Source: an uncultured bacterium (GTDB taxonomy: Bacteria; Patescibacteriota; Minisyncoccia; Phycocordibacterales; GWA1-40-21). Taken from it: a DNA stretch of 64,000 bases. This document shows, piece after piece, positions 28,094-40,100 of this stretch (position 1 is its first letter; the number at the start of each line of letters is the position of its first letter). The stretch spans positions 115,051 to 179,050 of the forward strand of contig CAWJAN010000001.1 of assembly GCA_963840885.1 (NCBI GenBank), written 5' to 3'. The notes beneath the pieces were generated by a model, which saw only the letters and a list, made by a program, of their open reading frames with translations, made no database searches and was not told the origin of the DNA. Made by a program: the position numbers and the translations under genes.

Positions 28094-31090
28094 TTATTTG
28101 CTTATAAATAACGGCGACAGGCTTGATCCGACTGCATTTATAACGTTCACATATCCGTCAAATACCCTATTGACCGGAGAAACCAGCCATATAACTGAAT
28201 CACCAAAAGCTATAACATGCTGTTCTAATTTAAGCCCGACATCGCCTCCTCCGCCTCCGTTTGAAGGCGGAGTGGTTGTTGAAACTGTCGTCGTTGCGGT
28301 TGATGAAGACTGCTCTGTGCCGCTTCCGCCGTTTTCGTTTCCTCCGGACTTGCCTGAATTTGCCGCCGCTGAAGACTCGACATTTTTTCCTCCCCTGTTT
28401 TTGACAACCGGCGCGACAACGGACACTTCCGGCAAATTGCCGTATACAAAATTTGACGAGTCGCCGGCGTTCGTTACCCTGAAGCAATAGGCCGATGATG
28501 TATCGATATTTGATATGGAATATATAGAATATTCAAGCTCTGTAAACTGAGAAGTTGTCAGGCTCATTGCCGTCGTCTGGTCTTCCTGCGTCTTTACATA
28601 TCCAGGAACAAAAGTTTTTCCGGCTGGATCAGTAATTTTGGAAGAATTTGTCGTAGAAGTATTATTACCTACCTTTGATATGCTCATGGCCCATGGCCCC
28701 ATCGTATTGTCGAAAGCCGGCACCGGATACCAGCTCGTGCATGAGTCATCGCTTGAAGCGTATTCAAGGCGGTATTGATAATTTGAAGCTATGCCCGTGC
28801 CGGTATTTGAAACCTGAATCCTGAGTCTCAATTGATCTCCCATATTTACTCCGGAAGTCAGCGGCGCATTTACCGAAGCATAGCTTTCGCTGTTTTGATT
28901 CGGATCATTCGTCCTCCAGCCGTAATTGTCTGTCTGAGTTATCTGCGCGGTTCCGCTAGCATTTCGCCAGCTTACAGACCAGTCATTTAATGATGGAGAT
29001 GTTGTGCCTGTGCCGTTTAGAGTAGCTTTTAGGCATATACTATTATATGTGGTGGTGCTTAATCCTGATAAATCTAGGGGGCTCGTTGATGAAGAAAATC
29101 CTGCGCTGTTTCCGGAAAGCGCGCTGTCCGGAATAATCGTATCGCAAGGAGCCGTGCTTGAATAATAGACTTGGACTGAAGTAGATCCGTATGTCTCATC
29201 TGCCGACCAAGATGCCTGATTCCAAGAAATCATTCCTGGAACGTAATTGAAATTAACCGGCGGAGAGATGATCGAGCCTGTATCGGTGGCTGCGGAAATC
29301 GGCGCTGAACCTCCGCCTACATTTACGCCGAAAGCGCCGAAGCTCGTTCCGGTTGCCGCGGAAATTGAGCTCATGAGCCCTATCCATCCTGCGCTTGTGG
29401 TCGCGCTTGAAGTAGATTGAATATCCCAAGATGAAGGCTCATTGTCAGCCGCAAGCCAAGTCTTATATTTAAAATAATTTCCTGAAAAACTTGCGCGCGC
29501 TTTATACCATCTATTAGCCGAAGGGCTGAATGAAGAACTGGCATTTACAGCAGAACTACCTGAATCATAATATCCTATATCTTCCGTGCTTGATGAAGAA
29601 TCATATCCTCCTATAACTCCCGTTGCGCTTACGTAACTCGTTCCCGAAGCCCTTGCCACGGCAAAAGCGTCGGTATTTGTCGCCGGGACTTTATAAATAA
29701 AAAATATATTCGCGTCTCCGGAAACGCCGTCTAGGACATTCCATGATAAAAGATTGAATGGGCTTGTCGTCGATTCTGAACGCAGAACCTTTCCTCCCGC
29801 TGCTGTCGCATCGTCCCGTATAAACCAGTCATTCGCGCTTGCAGACCACTTTTCCGTCCAATCACTTGGCTTTGAGCCTGTGGCATACCCTGAAAAATCA
29901 GTAAAATATATCTTGCTTGTATCCAAAAGGTCTGCTGTTCCGGAACTTGTCGTTTCAATGCTGCCGGACAAAGATCCGGTATTGAATTGCGGTCCCGTAG
30001 TCTCGAACCAGTCCGGATTGCCTCCTGTTTTATAAGTGAAAGATTGCGTAGCTGCAGACCAGGAAGAATAATTCGTTCCGCCGTCTGATGAAGCGCGCGC
30101 TCGGACATAGTAAGTTGCGCCATCTGTGGCAGGCAAGCTTGGCGACAATGCGGCTGCCAATAAATTGTATTTTGTTCCCGAGGCATACGCTCCTGAAAAA
30201 GTCTCCGTATACGATGTGCTGCTGAAATCGGATACGGAATTCAATTCCAATTGGAAAGCATCAAAAGAAGACGAAGAGACGGCAGATACGATAAAATCAG
30301 GAGTGGTAGTGCTCTCTCGTATATTGTTGAAAGAAATTTGGTTTGTTCCGTCGCTGTCCGAAAAGATCGGAGCGGACGGAGGGATTGCCAATGGCTTGAT
30401 AGCTATAGTAAATGCTTCCGGGCTGTCTATCGTTCCGGAAGTCGTAAAAGTCCCCGGATCATCAGAAGAGGCGGTCAATGAACGATTGGCAGTTGAAACT
30501 CGCGAGCGAGAAGTCGCTCCAGATCCGTTCTCCGCTATCGTAATCAAATTGGAATAATTTGCAGGAGCTGCGGTTACTGAAGAGTTAGAAATGCGGTTTG
30601 TCATGCCGGCAATCCAAAGAGTATCTGCAGTTCCCCAAGACGGAGAAAGAGCCGGCGGATCATTTGTTGTGGATGTGGCTATTTCTGGTGTTCCGGTCCA
30701 TCCGCTTATGCGGTATCCGATGGCGGCAACACGGATATTTGTGGATGTTATGGCAACTGTCGCTCCTTCCGATCCGCTTGCCGTTTTATACCATATATAT
30801 GTATGGCCAAGAGTTGTTGAGTCTATGGAACTAAGCAAAGACCATCCGCTAGGCGTTGATGCGGTTGCAGTTGATCCTCCCCTAAAAACAAGCATGAGCA
30901 GATCGCCAGCCTGGATGCCGGAAGGCAAGGTGACATTGTTCGATGTCGCGGCGCTACTGTTTTGATATGTGCTCGTAGCTGCAATTGCAGGATAACCTGC
31001 TGCTAATGCATTGGCGTGAATATTGAATATTCCCAAAATAATAAAAACAAATATTGATTTTAAAAATAGCTTTTCCAAGTGATTGTTCAT
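28094..31090 (-). CDS. Secreted surface protein (998 aa), paralog of 20868-28052
   Basis: Shares the scaffold repeat, the YFTDFSGYATGS domain, the YRLEYAS...YCFRVTNAGD domain and the GGGGGDVGL tail. Confidence 0.85.
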   Translation of the reverse strand: MNNHLEKLFLKSIFVFIILGIFNIHANALAAGYPAIAATSTYQNSSAATSNNVTLPSGIQAGDLLMLVFRGGSTATASTPSGWSLLSSIDSTTLGHTYIWYKTASGSEGATVAITSTNIRVAAIGYRISGWTGTPEIATSTTNDPPALSPSWGTADTLWIAGMTNRISNSSVTAAPANYSNLITIAENGSGATSRSRVSTANRSLTASSDDPGTFTTSGTIDSPEAFTIAIKPLAIPPSAPIFSDSDGTNQISFNNIRESTTTPDFIVSAVSSSSFDAFQLELNSVSDFSSTSYTETFSGAYASGTKYNLLAAALSPSLPATDGATYYVRARASSDGGTNYSSWSAATQSFTYKTGGNPDWFETTGPQFNTGSLSGSIETTSSGTADLLDTSKIYFTDFSGYATGSKPSDWTEKWSASANDWFIRDDATAAGGKVLRSESTTSPFNLLSWNVLDGVSGDANIFFIYKVPATNTDAFAVARASGTSYVSATGVIGGYDSSSSTEDIGYYDSGSSAVNASSSFSPSANRWYKARASFSGNYFKYKTWLAADNEPSSWDIQSTSSATTSAGWIGLMSSISAATGTSFGAFGVNVGGGSAPISAATDTGSIISPPVNFNYVPGMISWNQASWSADETYGSTSVQVYYSSTAPCDTIIPDSALSGNSAGFSSSTSPLDLSGLSTTTYNSICLKATLNGTGTTSPSLNDWSVSWRNASGTAQITQTDNYGWRTNDPNQNSESYASVNAPLTSGVNMGDQLRLRIQVSNTGTGIASNYQYRLEYASSDDSCTSWYPVPAFDNTMGPWAMSISKVGNNTSTTNSSKITDPAGKTFVPGYVKTQEDQTTAMSLTTSQFTELEYSIYSISNIDTSSAYCFRVTNAGDSSNFVYGNLPEVSVVAPVVKNRGGKNVESSAAANSGKSGGNENGGSGTEQSSSTATTTVSTTTPPSNGGGGGDVGLKLEQHVIAFGDSVIWLVSPVNRVFDGYVNVINAVGSSLSPLFISK

Positions 31091-31117
31091 TTATTATCTT
31101 CTATTGATATAAATTTA

Positions 31118-34100
31118 TTATTGGCTGGAGCTTGTAGCTTCTGTACTCGTGCTGTCTGTAGTGCCGGTTGTCGTCGCCTGTTCCGTTTGAACCGGTTCGG
31201 TAACATCCACTTCTCTCGTTGCTTTTGCATTATTACCTGCAGCATCTGTTGCGGAATACGTTATCGCATATGTTCCCGCTGTGCTCGTATCTACAGTTCC
31301 GGAAGTTGTAACGGAAACGTTTCCGTCGACATCATCTGTCGCTGTCGCGCCGGCATCCGCATATGTGTCGCCCACGGTAAGGTTTACAGGATTTGAACCG
31401 TTCAGTGTTATGACCGGAGCCGTGGTGTCGGCTGGCGCTGGCGGAGTGGTTGTAGCTTCCGTATCGGTAGTCGTCGATGTCGTATCTGTTGTTGAGGCTG
31501 TATCGTCAGCCGAAGTCGTATCCGTGCTCGTTGAAGTGGTGTCGGTGCTTGTCGATGTTGTATCGGTCGAAGTTGATGTCGTGGATGATGAAGTTTCCGA
31601 GGTATCGGACGACTGATCGCTTCCCTGTCCCATTGCCGGAGACGGCGATGAAGGAATTATGGACATAAAATCTTTTGCGCCTTTCACAGCAAATGCCGTC
31701 CAGCTGAACTCGATATCTTCGGGCGCAGGATTATTTATCATTATCGTGAATCCATTCGTTGATTTATCGGCCACCAAATATTTGATCTCATTGTTGAATA
31801 TTGCGACAGAAACGGCGGCAGCATCAACTGAGCTGTCAAGAGAAATCGTGGCGTTCACTACAGGATCGACAAGATACGGCTTGTCGAATGTCACATCCAC
31901 GCTGGTAGCGCCTTTATATATGGTGGCAAATCCTGCTGTATCGGAATTGAAGTAAGGAGTGCCGAAGAAAATGGTATCCGAATTGAACGAAATTGCGTCA
32001 CTCAAAGAATTTACATGGTCTATCGTCAAGCCGTTTGCCGTTATCTGCGGCGTTATTATTTCCACTCCGGCGGCAAGCCTGCCGGTGAACAGTTCCGAGG
32101 AATTTTCTGCCGTTGATGTTCCGTTGAGAAGCTTGTCCAAAACTTGTTTTGCAAAATCGTCAGGATATATTCCATTGTCTATGTTTATTCCGGCAAATTC
32201 GCTTATGCTCTGTCCATTGTAATATCCTTGTTCAACATAAACCATTACCGTTGTCGATGTCGACGACGGAGACCATGAGCCGAGGGCTTTACCTATTACG
32301 AATCCCGCTCCGGTCGCTTTCATCGCTTTTCCAGGATCGTTTGAAGTCGTAAGATAATCTCCGGGATTTATTTCTTCCGAACTAGAGGAAATTTTTACAG
32401 GAACGCGTCCGTTAAGGGCTATCGGCATAGGATTGTCTTCCTTCTTTATATTATATCCGGCTGATGTGAAATTGCCGTGGTTGTCGGAAACTATTCCTAC
32501 AGTATTTTTCTGGTAAGGGCTGTTTGATTTTACGAGCTCTGTGATCTGGCCGAGAACATTATTGTAGTCTACAGACGTATCGGTTGCTGTGCCGTATGTG
32601 TTTACCAATTGCGAGCCGGTAACGACTATGTCGCCGTATTCGGTTCCTGTGGCGACCGGATAATTTTCAGCGTAGTCGGCGGATGGCGCTGAACTGCAAT
32701 CTCCGAGCGTATATATGCTGCCGGCCGAAGGAGATGTTCCTGTGGCCAATGTCGAACATACCGCCGTTGAAACGGTTGTAGTTGCAAGGCCGATGCTTAC
32801 TATTCCATTGCTGTTTACTGTAAATAATGACGTGTCGTTTTTCTTAAGATCTATGAAGTTTCCTGTAAACGATCCTCCGCCTTTTCCGAAATTCATCGTA
32901 AGCCCTTCTCCGGAGAATGCGGAGGTTTCCTGATAAAAGCTTGCCACTGACGTAGCTGTCGTCATGGTATTGGTGTAAAGCCTCAAGACATCTCCTTGCG
33001 TAGTTCCGTCATTTTCTGCATACAGCGCAGCAGGTAAAAGAACTCCTCCAGCATTTCCGGCAGTGATTGCCTGCAAGCCGAATGTCGCGCCGGTGGTTCT
33101 GATGCCGGTATTCACGCCGGAAGTGTTTGAACCTGCGTTCGAGACTATTTCCATTCCGCGCGTAGTATTTGCAAGAGTGGTGTTATCAACCATTCTCATG
33201 ATTTCTCCTACGACCGTATTTGCATTCGTGGTCGGCTGAACATTTACAACGAAACGGTTACCGACTTGAACGCCTCCGGCAGTAGGATTTACATTATAAT
33301 TTCCATTGATACCGGCGATGGCATTTGTAGCGCCGTCAGCCGAAACCGAACCGTCTATCAAAAGTTTCGCCAGAGAAAAAGATGTCGTTGTACCTATCAT
33401 CGCCTGGCCGCTTTGCGATATTGTGAAAAGATTTGCGCCTGTAGATGAGGAAACTGCGAACGGATTAATACCTGATGCTCCTTGTACCAAGAAACTTGAT
33501 GTTGAAGTCGTGGCGTTCACGCCAGCAACTGTTCCGTTATCGAAAAGGACGCCGGAACTTAGAGTTGAAGTGGATGTCCAGCGCGCCACCTTTCCATTAG
33601 TGCCTCCTGAAAGAATTGGTGAGGTTGTTGAAATAACATTTCCGCTTCCATCAACTGCAAGGAATGAGCCGACAAGTCCGTTGCCGAGTTTAAGATTTGA
33701 GATTGTTGTTGTTGCAAGTGTCGTCGTTCCGTTAATGGTAACTGAACCTGTGAATGTTGCTCCTGTAAGAGCTGCGAAGGTCGATGAAGCGTAAGTATAT
33801 GTCGGATAATTCGCGATTGTCGCATACGTTGATGTTCCATATGCGTATGTGGAGAATGTTGAAGATGCGTATGTGTATGTCGGATAATTCGTAAGGGTGC
33901 TAACGGTATTTGTTATGTATCCAGACGGATTAGATGCGAAATAATATGTGGAAGAAGCATAGCCAAATGATGGGAAGGTCGAGGATGCATACGTATATGT
34001 AGGAGTGTTTGCAAGAAGCGCATATGTGGAAGTTCCATAAGCATAAGTGACAAATGTTGATGATGCGTAAGTGAATGATGGGAAAGTTGAGGATGCGTAT

Positions 34101-37100
34101 GTATTCGTAACATATCCGGACAAAAGATTTGCAGTCGAAGTTGCAATGACATTTCCCAAAGAATCAGCCGCGAGAAGAGTTGAAGCTATTCCGTTTCCTA
34201 GAGAAAGCTGGCTGATGCTTGTTGTAGCGAGATTAGAACTTCCTAAAACGCTTAATATGGATGAAAGATTAGCTGATCCTGAAATGGTTGTTGTGGAAAA
34301 AGTAGAAGTGCCGGAAACAGTAAGCTGATTTGAACCAAGATTTACATTGGAGCTTGCTCCCGTATAGGGAACATAATTGGCAAGCGCAGCAGAAGTTGCA
34401 TATGTTGATGAGCCGTAAGCATATGTCACGAAAGTTGATGAAGCGTAAGTGAATGTCGGATATGTGGCTGTGGCGTTTGCGATTGTCAGGTATGTGGAAG
34501 CGGCGGAAGTGGTGGAAAGGTATCCTCCGAGTGTTGTTGCCAATGTTCCCGTGGAGACGTAATTGATGGCAGCCTGAAGCTGGGAAAGATATGTCGAAGA
34601 TCCGTAAGTGAATGTCGGATATGTGGCTGTGGCGTTTGCGATTGTCAGGTATGTGGAAGCGGCGGAAGTGGTGGAAAGATACGGTGCGAGAGCGGAAGCC
34701 GTGATGAATCCTGAAGTAGAGTTGTCAGCGGTGGAAAGGTCTTGTCCGGAGATGTTTGAGATGTATCCAGACGGATTCGAAGCAAGGTAGAAGTCGGATG
34801 ATGAAGCGCTTGGAATATACGGAAGCGATGTCGAAGCGGAAAGAGGAAGGTATGTTGCTGCTGCAGATGTTGTTGAAAGGTATCCTCCGAGTGTTGTTGC
34901 CAATGTTCCCGTGGAGACGTAATCGATGGCAGCCTGAAGCTGGGAAAGATATGTCGAAGATCCGTAAGTGAATGTCGGATATGTGGCTGTGGCGTTTGCG
35001 ATTGTCAGGTATGTGGAAGCGGCGGAAGTGGTGGAAAGATACGGTGCGAGAGCGGAAGCCGTGATGAATCCTGAAGTAGAGTTGTCAGCGGTGGAAAGGT
35101 CTTGTCCGGAGATGTTTGAGATGTATCCAGACGGATTCGAAGCAAGGTAGAAGTCGGATGATGAAGCGCTTGGAATATACGGAAGCGATGTCGAAGCGGA
35201 AAGAGGAAGGTATGTTGCTGCTGCAGATGTTGTTGAAAGGTATCCTCCGAGTGTTGTTGCCAATGTTCCCGTGGAGACGTAATCGATGGCAGCCTGAAGC
35301 TGGGAAAGATATGTCGAAGATCCGTAAGTGAATGTCGGATATGTGGCTGTGGCGTTTGCGATTGTCAGGTATGTGGAAGCTGCGGAAGTGGTGGAAAGAT
35401 ACGGTGCGAGAGCGGAAGCCGTGATGAATCCTGAAGTAGAGTTGTCAGCGGTGGAAAGGTCTTGTCCGGAGATGTTTGAGATGTATCCAGACGGATTCGA
35501 AGCAAGGTAGAAGTCGGATGATGAAGCGCTTGGAATATACGGAAGCGATGTCGAAGCGGAAAGAGGAAGGTATGTTGCTGCTGCAGATGTTGTTGAAAGG
35601 TATCCTCCGAGTGTTGTTGCCAATGTTCCCGTGGAGACGTAATCGATGGCAGCCTGAAGCTGGGAAAGATATGTCGAAGATCCGTAAGTGAATGTCGGAT
35701 ATGTGGCTGTGGCGTTTGCGATTGTCAGGTATGTGGAAGCTGCGGAAGTGGTGGAAAGATACGGTGCGAGAGCGGAAGCCGTGATGAATCCTGAAGTAGA
35801 GTTGTCAGCGGTGGAAAGGTCTTGTCCGGAGATGTTTGAGATGTATCCAGACGGATTCGAAGCAAGGTAGAAGTCGGATGATGAAGCGCTTGGAATATAC
35901 GGAAGCGATGTCGAAGCGGAAAGAGGAAGGTATGTTGCTGCTGCAGATGTTGTTGAAAGGTATCCTCCGAGTGTTGTTGCCAATGTTCCCGTGGAGACGT
36001 AATTGATGGCAGCCTGAAGCTGGGAAAGATATGTCGAAGATCCGTAAGTGAATGTCGGATATGTGGCTGTGGCGTTTGCGATTGTCAGGTATGTTGCTGC
36101 TGCAGATGTTGTTGAAAGGTATCCTCCGAGAGAAGAGATGGTTGCGAATGTCGTCGAAGCGTAAGTGAATGTCGGATATGTGGCTGTGGCGTTTGCGATT
36201 GTCAGGTATGTGGAAGCGGCGGAAGTGGTGGAAAGGTATCCTCCGAGAGAAGAGATGGTTGCGAATGTCGTCGAAGCGTAAGTGAATGTCGGATATGTGG
36301 CTGTGGCGTTTGCGATTGTCAGGTATGTGGAAGCGGCGGAAGTGGTGGAAAGTTTTGCATCAAGTGCGGCTTGCAAATCGGTTTGATCAGAAAGTAAACC
36401 GGTGATGGCTCCCCATGCGACGGTTGCTGACCCGCTTGAAGCAAAAGCCCAGGCATATCCGTTTGGTGCAGTGCTTGATGCCTGAAGAAATTGTCCGGCT
36501 GTTCCCGTTGCGATAGATGTAAGTCCTGAAGAAGAATTGAATATTGCGATTTGTCCTGCTGTTCCCGTCCCCGTTATCGGATTCGTAAGCGTAGTCTGAT
36601 ATGTCGAAGATCCGTAATCATATGTGACAAAAGTTGATGATGCGTATGTATATGGAACATATGTCGAAGCTGCCGTTGCCGAAGTAAGATACGGTGCGAG
36701 AGCTGATGAATCAATGTATCCAGACGGATTCGAAGCAAGGTAGAAGTCGGATGATGAAGCGCTTGGAATATACGGAAGCGATGTCGAAGCGGAAAGAGGA
36801 AGGTATGTTGCTGCTGCAGATGTTGTTGAAAGGTATCCTCCGAGAGAAGAGATGGTTGCGAATGTCGTCGAAGCGTAAGTGAATGTCGGATATGTGGCTG
36901 TGGCGTTTGCGATTGTCAGGTATGTGGAAGCTGCGGAAGTGGTGGAAAGATACGGTGCGAGAGCGGAAGCCGTGATGAATCCTGAAGTAGAGTTGTCAGC
37001 GGTGGAAAGGTCTTGTCCGGAGATGTTTGAGATGTATCCAGACGGATTCGAAGCAAGGTAGAAGTCGGATGATGAAGCGCTTGGAATATACGGAAGCGAT

Positions 37101-40100
37101 GTCGAAGCGGAAAGAGGAAGGTATGTTGCTGCTGCAGATGTTGTTGAAAGGTATCCTCCGAGTGTTGTTGCCAATGTTCCCGTGGAGACGTAATCGATGG
37201 CAGCCTGAAGCTGGGAAAGATATGTCGAAGATCCGTAAGTGAATGTCGGATATGTGGCTGTGGCGTTTGCGATTGTCAGGTATGTGGAAGCTGCAGATGT
37301 TGTTGAAAGGTATCCTCCGAGAGAAGAGATGGTTGCGAATGTCGTCGAAGCGTAAGTGAATGTCGGATATGTGGCTGTGGCGTTTGCGATTGTCAGGTAT
37401 GTGGAAGCGGCGGAAGTGGTGGAAAGATACGGTGCGAGAGCGGAAGCCGTGATGAATCCTGAAGTAGAGTTGTCAGCGGTGGAAAGGTCTTGTCCGGAGA
37501 TGTTTGAGATGTATCCAGACGGATTCGAAGCAAGGTAGAAGTCGGATGATGAAGCGCTTGGAATATACGGAAGCGATGTCGAAGCGGAAAGAGGAAGGTA
37601 TGTTGCTGCTGCAGATGTTGTTGAAAGGTATCCTCCGAGTGTTGTTGCCAATGTTCCCGTGGAGACGTAATCGATGGCAGCCTGAAGCTGGGAAAGATAT
37701 GTCGAAGATCCGTAAGTGAATGTCGGATATGTGGCTGTGGCGTTTGCGATTGTCAGGTATGTTGCTGCTGCAGATGTTGTTGAAAGGTATCCTCCGAGAG
37801 AAGAGATGGTTGCGAATGTCGTCGAAGCGTAAGTGAATGTCGGATATGTGGCTGTGGCGTTTGCGATTGTCAGGTATGTGGAAGCGGCGGAAGTGGTGGA
37901 AAGTTTTGCATCAAGTGCGGCTTGCAAATCGGTTTGATCAGAAAGTAAACCGGTGATGGCTCCCCATGCGACGGTTGCTGACCCGCTTGAAGCAAAAGCC
38001 CAGGCATATCCGTTTGGTGCAGTGCTTGATGCCTGAAGAAATTGTCCGGCTGTTCCCGTTGCGATAGATGTAAGTCCTGAAGAAGAATTGAATATTGCGA
38101 TTTGTCCTGCTGTTCCCGTCCCCGTTATCGGATTCGTAAGCGTAGTCTGATATGTCGAAGATCCGTAATCATATGTGACAAAAGTTGATGATGCGTATGT
38201 ATATGGAACATATGTCGAAGCTGCCGTTGCTGAAGTAAGATACGGTGCGAGCGCTGATGAATCAATGTATCCAGACGGATTCGAAGCAAGGTAGAAGTCG
38301 GATGATGAAGCGCTTGGAATATACGGAAGCGATGTCGAAGCGGAAAGAGGAAGGTATGTTGCTGCTGCAGATGTTGTTGAAAGGTATCCTCCGAGTGTTG
38401 TTGCCAATGTTCCCGTGGAGACGTAATCGATGGCAGCCTGAAGCTGGGAAAGATATGTCGAAGATCCGTAAGTGAATGTCGGATATGTGGCTGTGGCGTT
38501 TGCGATTGTCAGGTATGTGGAAGCTGCAGATGTGGTTGAAAGGTATCCTCCGAGAGAAGAGATGGTTGCGAATGTCGTCGAAGCGTAAGTGAATGTCGGA
38601 TATGTGGCTGTGGCGTTTGCGATTGTCAGGTATGTGGAAGCTGCGGAAGTGGTGGAAAGATACGGTGCGAGAGCGGAAGCCGTGATGAATCCTGAAGTAG
38701 AGTTGTCAGCGGTGGAAAGGTCTTGTCCGGAGATGTTTGAGATGTATCCAGACGGATTCGAAGCAAGGTAGAAGTCGGATGATGAAGCGCTTGGAATATA
38801 CGGAAGCGATGTCGAAGCGGAAAGAGGAAGGTATGTTGCTGCTGCAGATGTTGTTGAAAGGTATCCTCCGAGTGTTGTTGCCAATGTTCCCGTGGAGACG
38901 TAATCGATGGCAGCCTGAAGCTGGGAAAGATATGTCGAAGATCCGTAAGTGAATGTCGGATATGTGGCTGTGGCGTTTGCGATTGTCAGGTATGTTGCTG
39001 CTGCAGATGTTGTTGAAAGGTATCCTCCGAGTGTTGTTGCCAATGTTCCCGTGGAGACGTAATCGATGGCAGCCTGAAGCTGGGAAAGATATGTCGAAGA
39101 TCCGTAAGTGAATGTCGGATATGTGGCTGTGGCGTTTGCGATTGTCAGGTATGTGGAAGCTGCGGAAGTGGTGGAAAGTTTTGCATCAAGTGCGGCTTGC
39201 AAATCGGTTTGATTGGAAAGCGTACCAGTGATTGCACCCCACACTCCGTTTCCTCCACTACTGCTTGCAAGCACCCAATCATATCCAGTAGGAGAAGTTG
39301 AAGATGCTCTCAAAAACATTCCGTCTGTGGAAGTGCCTATGCTCGACAATGTTCCAGTTGCTGTCCAGTAAGAAAGTTGTCCTGCGACTCCGCTGCCGGA
39401 AATTTTATTATTAAAATTTGTCCAATCTGATGATGAAAGATATCCGTCATTTGTCGATGAGGCAATACCAAGCTTTGTTCTTATTGATGAAGAAGATTCA
39501 TCTCCGGTATTTATTCCTGTTGAAGTTCCTGTAAAATTTGAAGCGGAAATATTTCCGGAAAAGTTTGCGTCCGCGGCGCTTAAAAGTCCATTGCTGTCTA
39601 TGGAAAAAATATTTGTTCCTGTCGAATCTTGAATTTGAAAAATATTTGCAACCTGTCCCAGAAAAGCCCTGACGGTAAGCGCGGTGGAATCCGTGGATGT
39701 AGAAAGTATACTCACCACGGAATTATCTATTGGGGTTGTAGTTCCGAAAGATGATTGCCCTGCTCCGCTTACGGCTCCAGCCACCTGAGAAAATGCTGCG
39801 GAAGTTATTTTTTGTCTTGGGCTAAGAGTTTGGAATGTAACATTGTCGGAAGAAACTTCAATCTGCAGATATATGGAATTATTCGTATTGAAATTGTAAT
39901 CCAAAATATCAGGGTAGCCGGCTACAGTATCTCCGATATTTACATTAAAAACTCCCTGGCGGACTTGCGAAGAAAAAGATGTTGGCGCCGATGCTGGCCA
40001 GAGTTTTGTGCCAGAACCGACGGTAGAATTATCCCAAATTGAAAATTTAAAATAATAATTTGTTCCGGTTCCTCCCAAAAGATTTCCGCTTGAATCCGCA

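Noticed and set aside
34445-39175. CRISPR array or array of small + strand genes
   Set aside because: The repeats are long, in-frame and have no unique spacers. The repeated 60-76 aa + strand ORFs are antisense shadows of the giant gene.
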